Under the pieces are notes generated by a model. That model worked only from the letters and a program-made list of their open reading frames with translations, was not told the origin of the DNA and did no database searches. Below are positions 16,175 through 27,708 of a stretch of DNA of 64,000 nucleotides, one piece after another (within the stretch, counting starts at the first letter, position 1; every line of letters begins with the position of its first letter). A program made the position numbers and the translations under genes. The DNA comes from Lepidodermella squamata (taxonomy: Eukaryota > Animalia > Gastrotricha): NCBI GenBank assembly GCA_047495785.1, contig JBLDXI010000054.1:3286001-3350000 (forward strand), given 5' to 3'.

Positions 16175-19100
16175 ATGGATGACGGCGGACCATCTAGGTA
16201 TGAACTTTGGACCATATCATCGAGTTTGTATCCGGCTTGTGTTTCAGTCCCATTATCCGATCTTCTTTTAAATTGAAAAATCCTTGCGCTACTCAATTGT
16301 CAGTAACAGTGAATAATCAATCACCTGCTGCAAGTTTCCTGTCAAATACTACTGTTTCACCTTTGACTGGCTTCAGAGAGTCTGCAACTGTGACCGACGT
16401 ATCATGGGCAACTGCATTCGAGACTCCAAGTAAGTCTGACTAAAATTTGTTAGCAAAATCTTGTGCAAATATTATTTCCATTTTAAGCCAAGCCAAATTT
16501 AACTCGAGATGACAAAGGCAGCATCAATGAAGTTTTTACCACAACCATAGCGGACCCATCCAACAATCAGCCTCAGCAGTCCGAAATGGACATAACATTC
16601 GGTGACCTTTCATCATCCAGCAATTCATCTGCTGAGAACAGGGAAACTTCTGGCGTCCACAGTCGACCAGTTGACCCCTCCCCGTCCAAATTGCCGTTGA
16701 CAACTGCTGAAGTACTTTCGACGTTTCGAACGAGTGCGCTAAAGAGATCCTCATACCCCAAGCCTCCATCACCTATGAACAGTAGGCGAATAGTTTTGAA
16801 GCATCTTTAAAACTTTAAATTTCGTTTTTCCAGTTATCAAAAGCTCGGCTTTTTACAGCACTCCGAAAGCAGATCGCCAAGTTTTAAAAATGTTAGACCC
16901 TCCTGCATCAGCTATTGTCCCGTCCAAAGAATCTAACTCTTCATCATCGCTAAGAATAAAGGCTTCATGTCCGTGTGGTAAATGCTCATGCCCTGCGATC
17001 TACGTCCAAGACACGAGTGCCCAAACTGAAGACTCGGGCATGGGTGATACTACGGCGTCAACCAATGACAATGACTACGAAATGGGAGGTTTAACGCAGC
17101 TGGTGGCTCAGGAGATAGGAAAATTCGATGGATTTACTCAGCAGTCAATTCAGGAAACTGCGAAAATTAATCGCATTCGACCTCGAACAGCTGTGCATTT
17201 TAAGGATGCTGTGAATGAATTCGAAGAGTATGATAAGCCTCAGCCTAAAGCTTTTTCTACTGCAAAGAGACCCAATCCTAAACCTGGCATGAAAAAGGAT
17301 TTTGATGCGAAAAAGCTTTTTGGTGACGATTTACCACCGTTGACAAAGACCGAAGCCGAGCACCCGCCGACTGCATCGGGTCCTGAAAACTTTGTTGGAT
17401 TTAAAAAAGCATCTGGGGGAACTTTGCCCAAAGCATCCGTTGACGTTCGGAAACTATTCGGCGACGTATTCGATGAGATCCAAAGCTTAGCTGAAACCGA
17501 CGATCCGGATATTCTTGTGCCTAAGAAGCCATTGGTGCCACAAAAATCAGCTCTCAAACGCACTGCCCCATCTGTGAAGAAATCGACCGCTTTCAAGCCT
17601 CCTTCAAGGCATTTGAATTCTTCTGTGACCGAGCCGATCGTTCCAAAACTGGCGAAAAATATTTTCGGAGATGATTTTCCGCTAGATTTGCCGAAGGATA
17701 ATTTAGTTGGTGGAGGATTTCAGTCTGCTCGAAAAGCCATAGAAAAAGCCAAGCCCGACTCTGAGGCTATCAGCGGGCCATCGGCCGAGGCTGTAGCAAA
17801 AGCCCGGTCAATTTTCGGAGACGATGATTTGAATGAAATTCTCGCTGTGCCAATTCGACCATCCGAGAAAGTTGGTTTTCAACCGAGTCGAAATATTGCT
17901 CCAGTTGAAGATACAGTCGTGACACCTGTCAAAGCGGAACTTCAGTCATCGTTTGTTGCCGGTGAAGGTAGTGACGTTGAGTCCGTTTACGATGAGGACG
18001 TCGATTCAAACTCACCAGCTGCCGAGCCCGAGCCTGCAATAGAGGAGGAATACAATTTCTCAATTCCGCCCGAGTTTTTCATGCAGCCTTCCGATCAAAG
18101 CTTGGCGTTTGGCGACAACAAGTTGCTTGAAGCTCGTGCCCAGCAGAGTCGTATTATTTCAGAAAAGCGATCCAGTTCTGCATCGCCGTCGAAATCTCGA
18201 TCCTCTGGAATAATGTGGCGGACTAGAAGCTTTGCCGCTGAGGGGACTTTGAAGTCGATTGCAAATTTAACCCCAGATTTTACTGACTCGGGGGCACCTT
18301 TGGACCAGTCGATTCTACAACTCGTTACCAATCCGTATTTTTGTTACCGTTTCCCGGCTCAATTAAATGATGATGGCAGTGTCATCTTTCAATGGACGTC
18401 TATTGATGGTGGTTTGATGGTCACGGCTCCTGATGGCTCGATTGGATGGGAAGAATTGAACACGTGCTTATTATCCACACCTGGTGTAGATCCACGCCTC
18501 ATACCCGACGGCTGGGTGGAAAATCACTATCGATGGATCGTCTGGAAGTTGGCGAGGGAAGTTTTCGCATTTCGGAAAGATTTCCCTGACCCGGCCTCTC
18601 GATTCAACGCTGAATGTGTTGCGCAGCAGCTGAAATATCGCTATGATCGCGAAATCGAGTCGTGTAAAAGGTCTTGCATTCGGAAAATAGTCGAAAAGGA
18701 CAGCAGTCCGAAAAACGTGATGGTCCTATGCGTTTCACGAGTCATTCAAGGCAACACAACGCCAGAGCAGACTGAAGATGACCAGCATTCGAAAGATTCA
18801 ACAAGTTCTGGTTCTCATTTTGGCGGATCGACTCAAATTGAATTAACCGATGGCTGGTATTCAATTACATGCAGCCTCGACCCTCCTTTGCAACGAATGG
18901 TTGCGTTCAACCGCATTTTTGTCGGTTGTAAACTGGTTATAGCGGGAGCTGATTTGAATGGTGAGAAATTGACCGATAATAAGTTTAATTCTATATCGAA
19001 CACTTTGTTTTGAAGGATTGAATGATGGAGTTGATCCACTGCACATACCGCCGGGTTGTCATTTACGAATCTGTGCCAACTCTACTCGGCTGGTTAAAAA

Positions 19101-21533
19101 ATGGTGGTCAGCAAAGTTGGGATTTTCAAGTCTCAGAAGGCTGGCCGTGCCGATTCGGTCACTGTTCCCGGGTGGTGGGAACGCGAATGCTGTGAAAGTT
19201 GTTGTTTCGCGAGTGTATCCTACGCTCTATGTCGAAAAGAAAACTCTGTCCAGTGGTGTTACGGATTGCATCTATCGGCTTGAGGCTGATGAAGCAGCTG
19301 AAGCTGAGAGGTCAAAAGCTGCGCAAGAGAAGAAAATGGAGGAACTGATGCAGAAATTGAGTGCTGAAAACCAGTCACCAGGCCAATCGCCGAGACCAAA
19401 CGCTAAAAGGTAAGTGATCGTTAACAAGTGGAAATTGGGGTTGGGTTTGGCGAAGTTTTTGTATTCGTGAGTATTTGATGCCACTTCAATGGTCCATTGA
19501 CGAGGAAATTTGTTTATAACCAAACCATTTACCGCTAAGAAAACGATCACAAGGCCTAGAGCATTCTTATTGTTTTTAAATTAATAACGACGACAATCTC
19601 GGGAAAGTAGTTTGCCGGTAATTTATTCCAGGTTTCGATGATAGAGCAAAGCCGGTGGTAGGGTTCGATTGATTTCTTGTTTTCGATGGTCGTTGCGAAA
19701 CTAATTTCGATTAATATGGGTGACTGGTCGCGACTCGAATACCCGATCATTTTATTCATTCCGGCCGGAAGCTATAGCTCGTGGGGTATAGATAGAATGG
19801 ACAGTTATTCACGGGTTTGAAATTCAACGGCTAATATCTTGTTCCCTTCGGTTCAACTTATCCTGCGGAATAGAAGTGGCTGGCACATTACGCAGTGTTT
19901 TATGGGTTCCTTCTAAGCTTCGCCAAACGTAAACGTCAGTGCTGATGTACACTCAACCAGTAGCACCCTGGTACACATAAAACACCCTGATTGCCTTCAT
20001 TGCCTGATTGTTTCATAAAATTACAAGAAAAACTGGTTTAAGCCGTGGTGAAAGTCCGCACACTTTTCGCGATTTGCGTGAAAATTCTTAAAATTCGCCA
20101 AACCTCATTTCCCCCGTTTTAATGGTCCGATTGGTTCTTCATTTTTCGCAAACCTGTGACTCCCGTTTTCCTTTTTTTTAGGCGGAAAATTACTCAGACT
20201 GAGCTGAAAGAAATGTGCACTGGTGAAGAAATAGCTGCTGCAATTCGTGATTCTAATGACCCGGAATATGTCCAGCAACTGTTGACCGATGCGCAGCGGC
20301 GAGCTCTCGAGCAGCACATGGCGAGCCGGAACGAAAAAATGGCCCGAAAACTGCAAAACGCCCTACAAGAAGCCCGAGCTGATCAGTCGAGCATTACGCG
20401 CAATGTTACCCCAGTTCTGAAAATATTCCTCGTCGGCCTGTCAGCGTTAGACAGGCAGTATGAAACAAGCGCTGTTCTGTCGATCTGGCGCCCGCCCGAA
20501 AACGCAAAAGAACTGCTTCACGAGGGTCAGGCATACTATTTCCATAACGTTTCAGTTTCACGACCGCCGTCCGGGTCCGTTTTTCTGCTGAATGGTACTC
20601 AACACACTGCTTGGCATCCGGTGAAAGGTGCTGCTGTAGAAGACATTTACATCGAACGAGCCGACGCGCCTCTGAAAGAAATTCAGTCAATTTTGACGAA
20701 TAACAAATTATTGAACTACACGAATCGAGAAATCGATGTTGTTGGCATTGTTTTGCGATCGAATTTCGAACAAGGCGGTGGTAAACGGGTGTATTTTAGC
20801 GACGCAGAGGGCGACATTGGCCTACTGCAGGGAACTTCTGTCGCTTTCAACACCTTCGTAAATGGCGACTGTTCTCGGCAATCGAATCCGGGCGTTTTTG
20901 TTGCGACGAATTTGCGCCTCAACAACGCGAATCAAAGCTTCTCATCGTCTTGCGTGCAAATTTTATTCGCGCAGGACTACTCAATGTTTTACTATCTACC
21001 TGCGTCAACGACCTCAATACCGCCGCGAATCGCTTCGAATTACCGACATTTAGAGGCCGCTATCAAAATTGCACTAGCGAATCGGGCTTCTCTCGCCGAT
21101 TCTGGTCTGAAAAAACTTGAAGCAACCGTTAAGTGAGTGGCGAAAAAATCCGCCTTAATTTCGTAATTTTGGATTTTATTCCAGGCTTTCGCCTCAATGT
21201 GATGAAACAGTGCGTGGTGCTAGTCGGCAGAGTTTTTCCACCGGTTCGCTAGAATCTGGGCCACAGCGGCCTGGTTCATCGGCTAAAACTCCAGCCTCGA
21301 CACGCTTGACCGGCCCGGAACTGCAGAAGCGAAAAATGGAGCAATTGGACCGCTATTGTGCGGCCGCAGTGGATTCGAGTCTACTTATGCCGTCGCCGTT
21401 GCCGGTCGAATCTACCTCATCTAAATCGCGAAATGTCCTGAGACGCGCCTTCAAACCGCCTGTGATGAATAATACGAATAATACAAGCCTAGGCGGAGGG
21501 CCGTCGACGTCTGACTCATCGCCTAAAAAGTGA
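16175..21533 (+). CDS. BRCA2: BRCA2 homologue (multi-exon, compact): BRC-like repeats, helical domain, OB folds, tower
   Basis: PGVDPRLIPDGWVENHYRWIVWKLA, QLKYRYDREI, MVLCVS, IELTDGWY, LRICANSTR, VSRVYPTLYVEK, RNVTPVLK, LSIWRP; N-terminal SWATAFETP; four F-x-x-[AP]...[LI]FGD repeats. Confidence 0.95.
17250..17830 (+). repeat. Four degenerate BRC-like protein repeats
   Basis: FSTA..KKLFGDD, FKKASG..RKLFGDV, FKPP..KNIFGDD, FQSA..RSIFGDD. Confidence 0.75.
19556..19760 (-). mobile_element. Degenerate 3' fragment of a non-LTR retrotransposon ORF2 in a BRCA2 intron
   Basis: Translation IIETWNKLPANYFPE...NLKT resembles the WNxLP..FP....FK C-terminal motif of CR1/L2/Jockey-group LINEs. The host intron (~770 nt) is far longer than its neighbours. 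Confidence 0.45.
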
Positions 21534-21846
21534 CCCAGGTTTTTAACTAGTCCTTGATTTTGTAATATCTAACGTAAAATTTGTGATTATCAATTGCCGC
21601 GGCTGGACCAAATGCAATCTTTATTGTTCAGAGTTCTTTCCGTTTTCTTATATATACACACAAATGAGACTAAAAAATGTACAACTGTTGACCGTTGAAC
21701 CGCAAAAATACATTGTTTATCTTTGAAATTGAAAATGAGCGGACGAGTTAATAAAAAGTGAAATCAGTATTATTACATGATGTCATATATTTATTGTTTC
21801 ATTCATTTTCGTAAGAAATTCAGTGGGCAGTGTGACATAGTAAAAA

Positions 21847-24524
21847 TTAAACGTAAAATAACTCTCTCGTAGTAGCAGAATTCGGCTGCTGTTGGTTGTC
21901 GCTATCTTGAGGCGCTGTTTGCCTCACATGCTTTTGACCAGATAGAATTGGAGTGATTATAAGCGGCGTCAGCGGCATTGTCCGCGTCGGATAAGGCCCG
22001 AAACTGTTGTTACCCAGTTCGAGGCTGTCCGGCTTTTTCGGCATCGTAGGGGGCGTGATGTCAACAGGTGGTTGCGAAATTGTCATAGGCGGCAGTGGCT
22101 TCATCGGCGCCATGTTGGTGCCCATCTCAACGCGCTTGTGATCAGTTTGCTGAGGCGTTTGATTGTTCGGGGCGTTGAGACGGGCGGCTTCGTCGAGAAA
22201 TAGCGTTATGCTGTATTTCGTCGGGGTTAAAGCTCGTTTTGCAGGTAATTTCACGGCACTGTTACTGCTCGGTTGCTGCGGTGAGGCATCCTGTTTATTA
22301 GTGCCAACATCTGCCGTAGATGTTAAGCTACTGACAACCTTTGTTCTCGGCCTGCTTTGACGAGTTTGAGCTGTGCTTGCGGTGTTGTTTTGGCTGGGAA
22401 GAGGTGGTTTTTTCGTGATTGTTGCGTCGCCGTTAAATTTGCGGCGATTTGACTCTAGCGAAGGCGATGTTTGCGAGCAGACCGTTGCAGTGGTCACCGT
22501 GCGGCTACGTCGCATCGAAGAAACTGGCTCGAAAACCTCACGCTGCTGGAAACCAGGCCGGTGCTGCCACACCGGCGCCAAGTCAGACCGTTCAAGGTCA
22601 GGCTGGCTTTTCGATATCAGCTGGTTCTGAAAGCGGACTCGGCTTTTTGGACTCAGAGGTAGTGTATGACTGTTAACTTGGTTAGTGCTGTTAGCTGTTC
22701 GGGAATGCATTTCCACTGATTTTTCAAAATTCATTGAAACTGAGGAGGCGATGTTATTGGAATTGCGCTGATTTTCCGAATTTTTTTGCGGGATGTCACC
22801 TGATCGTTTCCAAGACACCGAGGGACGGCGCGCTTGTTGCCATAAGCTGTCGGCGAAGCTATTCGACTGAGGTGGCGGTGCGAAGCGACCACTTTCGTAA
22901 TTTTGATCGGGCTGAAAAATTAAAAAAAAACAATCTGAGTGTAAAAGTCTTTGTCCTATATCGATCGCTATGCTTTGATTCAGGATTTTTTGCTCATTTC
23001 TACCTACCTGAGAACCAACCCAGTGATTACTGGAACTAAGGCGATTTCTATCCAGCATATTGTTGTCGCGATGGTCGGCGAATTTGTTGTAAAGTGAGCG
23101 GGAAACCGTATTATTGTTAGACGCATAGTTGCTCGCAATCAGTGCCGATTCGTCAACGTCGTACACCGAAAGGGTCTTACATTGTTCCTCGGTCATTTCG
23201 CCGCCACCAGTTATGGAATACGGCCGCTTTTTACGACTACTTGGTTCAGAATTCGGTCGCATGTCCTGAAGGCTGGCATCAGTCAGAATCGGTCGAGTAC
23301 TGGCTGACTTTGGGACTGACCGTCTACAGGTGCACAAGCAGGATAAAAATCGGCTACAACAATTTCTGCTTTCGTATTGCTGATGCCGTTTCGGCCGCGG
23401 TTGAGTGCATGCTGAGTCAGCACAGACTTGGAAATAACATCGGACCAGCGCGATTGAGACCGATAACAAGACCAGCAATGAGATGAATACAGAGATTGAG
23501 ACCAGTAAAACCAAATTACTCGACGGCTCTTCAAGGCTCATTTCATGAGATCCCTATAAAAAATTCGAGATATAAGTTTATTTGAATATATTTCATTTTT
23601 TGCGTTCAATTCCTACCTCTCTTTTTGGCACGTGACTGCTATCAATGACTATAGAATCATGATCGCCGTGGGTTTGAAGGTGGTTAGCAATTTGAGCAGG
23701 TACAATGTTAGCAGCAGCCATGTTTCGAATGGCTTGCCGCGAAGCTTGAAGCGCCATGACGTTAGAAACCGGGTAATAGCATTCCTGCTCGCCATCTAAA
23801 AAATTCGAAGTCACGAAAGTAATTTTAAATACTTAATCTATTTTCGAACCTTTCGGCGGCAATCTATCACATGAGAACGCTGTCGGCCAGTCGAAGCCGT
23901 TTCTATGAAGCCAAGTGTGGCATTCGTCTTGGATCGATTGGCACATTTCAGCGCAGGGTGGTCGGGAAATTACCAGCATTTCGGTATATGGAAAAACTGA
24001 AATAATAATTAACAAAATTAATGTGAAAATAATTGCACTTGGATTCGCCTCTTACCTATCGCTTTCTCCGAGCAAACCGGAAAATAAAAAATGCACAAGA
24101 AAATGGGCAAGAGAGGCGAGCATTTGCTTCGTAAAATCCAGTTGAATCTCTTGATCTGAGCGGCAGCGTCAGCCTGCGTAGCTTGACCCCATTCGTTCGG
24201 CACAAACGTCAAATTATACAAACTGTTAATAGAAAAATAAGCTGCTCGTGCAGTTCAGAACAAAAACAATACATACCTCGTTTGGCAAATTGGCTCTTTG
24301 ATCTGAGCGCAAACAGCGGTTTTGACTGGATCTACGCCTTGAAGATAGCGCCGATGATGCGACTTGACGCCATCAGGTGGCCGCCAATTTTCGGACGAAT
24401 TTTGTAATTTGCTGTAATTTGCTACCCAGTCATCTGATGAAGATAAGTTGAATGTCGGCGCAGAACAGGCACATCCGAAAAAATATGATGTTAGCAGCAG
24501 CAATGATGGCGCTATAGAGCGCAT
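21847..24524 (-). CDS. Type I membrane protein: signal peptide, Frizzled cysteine-rich domain, single TM, long low-complexity cytoplasmic tail (~780 aa, ~6 exons)
   Basis: Signal MRSIAPSLLLLTSYFFGCACS. All 10 Fz-CRD cysteines are present with YNLTFVPN..GQ.TQ, FLC..YFPVC, PPC..MC, GFDWP...C..LP. TM LVLLVSISVFISLLVLLSVSIALV; ends ELFYV*. The in-frame segment 22912-23007 is a likely intron. Confidence 0.85.
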
Positions 24525-27500
24525 AGCGGGAAACCTATCGCCTCAATGTTATTCGAAGAATTTTGTATTAAAAAATGATGAAAAATCTACAAAAATAAAG
24601 CAGAATATTTTTGAAACTATGAATAAGTAAGTGAGAAGATCACGTAGATATCAACAGAGATCAGCATAGTATTGAGGTGGCGTAAAATGCTATAGATTGG
24701 ATTGGTGCGTGATACAAAAATGGGCCAACCTTGCGGCCCAGCTAGGAACATGTAAAGTGGGTATAATTGGTCGGCAAACAGTCGAGTGCTCGCATCCTAG
24801 TGTATTGTCAGATCGCCGCTCACAACGGAAGCACGTTAAAACGCTCGACAGCCTCAAATGCGGAAATATACCGTTTTTCGCAAAGGTGGTAAGTGCTGGT
24901 GCGACCGAGAGCGCGTCTGTCAACTGCGCCGGGGGAGATTTGTTTCCCCTTCCACCATTCAAGCGTGATTCCTTTTTCGGAAAGTAACACTAGCTGCGGT
25001 TAATGAAAGCCGGTGTTTGTGCCATCGTGATATATATTTATACAGAGCATCGAGCCGGATGGGCGTATCGTCGCCGAGCGTAATATATACACTGTACTAT
25101 ACAGCAAAGACGAAACAAGTGATAAATAATAGCCACAAAAGATGGACACATGCATGCCCTAAGCTCTTGACACAATAAGAAGATCCGTCTCGCCAATCTA
25201 TTTCAGCGAAAAATAAAAATTTATATTACTAGTTATGTAATATTCGATCGCGCTGCCCGCAATTAGACTGTGAAGAAGGGTGCGCTAATCCGCGCTTACG
25301 CCTCGGACAATTTTATATTTTTAATACTAGCCATAACGTCGGCTCTTGAACTGATCAATATCAGTGGTTGTTTTAACACGGTGTCGGTGCAGGGCGCGAT
25401 TTGAATGAACTGCCATCGTCTTTTTCATAAAAATTGACAACAAACGTGATGGCGTAAAAGACAGACAAGCTGTTATCGCATCGCTGATAGCGGCCAATAA
25501 AAATCGCTAATTTTATTGATAACGATGAATAGGGGACTGCGAAAAAAACTAGGAAAAATGATCCTTAGCAGCAATTAATTATACAGGTAAGCGACATCAA
25601 TTCAAAAATTATTCATGCATAAGTCAATTTTTTAAATAAAATATCAGTAGTAGGTATATTAGTAGGTGTAATAAAACTGGGAGCCAGAGATTTAGCATAT
25701 AACTACGCACATTTGTGGCTTGAAGCGGCATATTACACTTATATAAGGATGATATGATGATAGCTAAAAACAATAAATAAAAGACACACAAAGTAAATAG
25801 TAAATAGCGAGAGTCGCGCCGCTGAGCGCCTAATTTTATGTTCCTGTACAAGATCGCCAGCAGATAAAACAATGCCGAAAGGTGCTTCTTGTACATAACT
25901 ACCTTTTACAACTTTAATGCTTCGCTGGCTCCATAAATCATGTACTTGTTCCAATAAGGCTATTCGGCTGCAGAGAGGCATCCGGAAGTTCCTAATACTT
26001 TTGTTTTAGCTCGGGCTAGAAAAAACATTCTCCACGCAAAACTTTTCATCGGATCATCGCATTATCGCGCAATTGCCCAATAAACTCTATGACCCCCCTG
26101 AAAAACGCGGTTTAACAACATCATTCTCCAGCTAGCAACAAGCAAACAAGATACTGGTTTTAAGGTAAACATTGAAACGAGTAAAGGCCGCGATAAAATT
26201 TACCGAATGATATTGTCTAGCTGAAATTATCAATTTCAGGTGCATGACGGGCGGCAAAGAAAAACAAAAACATAATAACCATTATGCTATTTTTAACCAA
26301 ATTATTTAAAGAAAACCTATGTATCATTTATCTCAGATGATTATGAGAGAAAAAATTGAATAAATTTAATATACCTCAGTGATCCTATAGTCATTGACAC
26401 CAGAGACGAGATCTGAAAAGACCTGCGTTACGCGCAAATGCTCCGGATTCATTGAGATTTCAGAAACTCATCAAATTGATGGGGGAAAGCTTTAAATTGA
26501 GGTGCATATCATTATATATAAAGCCAAAAATATATGATCGTTTCGCACCGCACCTTGTGCTCATTTTGCGCGCGTCGAGAAAAGCTGCGGCTCAAAAGGA
26601 AAGAAATTAACAGAAGTTGTCAAAAATAATCCACCCGGCAAAATGAAAGTAATGCTCACAATATATTATAATAACAATGCACGAAATAAATGGTAAGACA
26701 GACACGTTAGGGATCTTAGACGGGTGTATAGCGGAAGTTTACGGCGAAAATGATTACAACGCTGATGTTTGTAGGCGCCGGGACATTGAGCAGTTAGCGG
26801 CGTGATATGATCAGCTATAGCATTCATTTCAACAGCTGTGCTGCTAAGTTTTAAGCAACCAGCGCCCAAAAATCAAGTTGCTATTGATTTCATGTCACCG
26901 CGCCATTGAAAGGGTCATAACGCCGGGCGTTGGGGAAGCTAATAAAATTGAAATATACTACGGGTCTATTTCGGACTTGCCAGATAATAATAATTATTTT
27001 GATATCGCGCGCGCGCGGAAGATGCGCGTCTGCGAAAGAGCAGTTATATTCGTGAAATCGAGCCAGCAGCGCCGATTTTAATTGCCGTTTTGACGAGTCT
27101 CCCAGAGCGCACCTCACTCAATAGTCGCGGCGCATGAGAGCTTGAGGCGCAGAGGGCGAGACACTAAAATTATTATTGTTGTTTACTGTTTAGAAGAAAA
27201 CCCTCCGCGGCTACGTTTTCGGTCAACATTCACAGAAATGTGTCACAGCTCTTCCTCTGGTTTCTCCTCCTTTCCTCATACTGTGTATTGATAAAATAAC
27301 AGACTACGGCAAACATGCCAAGCCCTAAATTCTCGCGCAGCTCAGAAAACAATACACCTTGTTTCTTTACTTTCGATTTATATCTCTTCGTGAAAAATAC
27401 GTTTTAACAACAGCATATGGGAAGTCTGAATTTCATCTTTATTCACGTTTTTTCTGGTATGTAAAAGACTAAAACATAAAAAATAACCGATTTCATAGAG

Positions 27501-27708
27501 ATTAGGCACATTTTTACGAGTTTCCATTGTAAAAATAAACAATTATTATTAACCATATTTTGAAGAAATGGGGAAGAACATATTTGAAGTAATGACATCA
27601 TGTCCCCAGACTTTTGGCGTAGGAACATCAGATACAACGTGATCACAGAACGATTTTACGGGAAATGTTCATGTTTAGGATATGTTTAACGTAGCGATAT
27701 TCCGACTA

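Noticed and set aside
25620-26030. Possible decayed LINE 3' end on the minus strand (..PYWNK...YKKHL)
   Set aside because: Similarity is too weak and interrupted by stops to call without a search.
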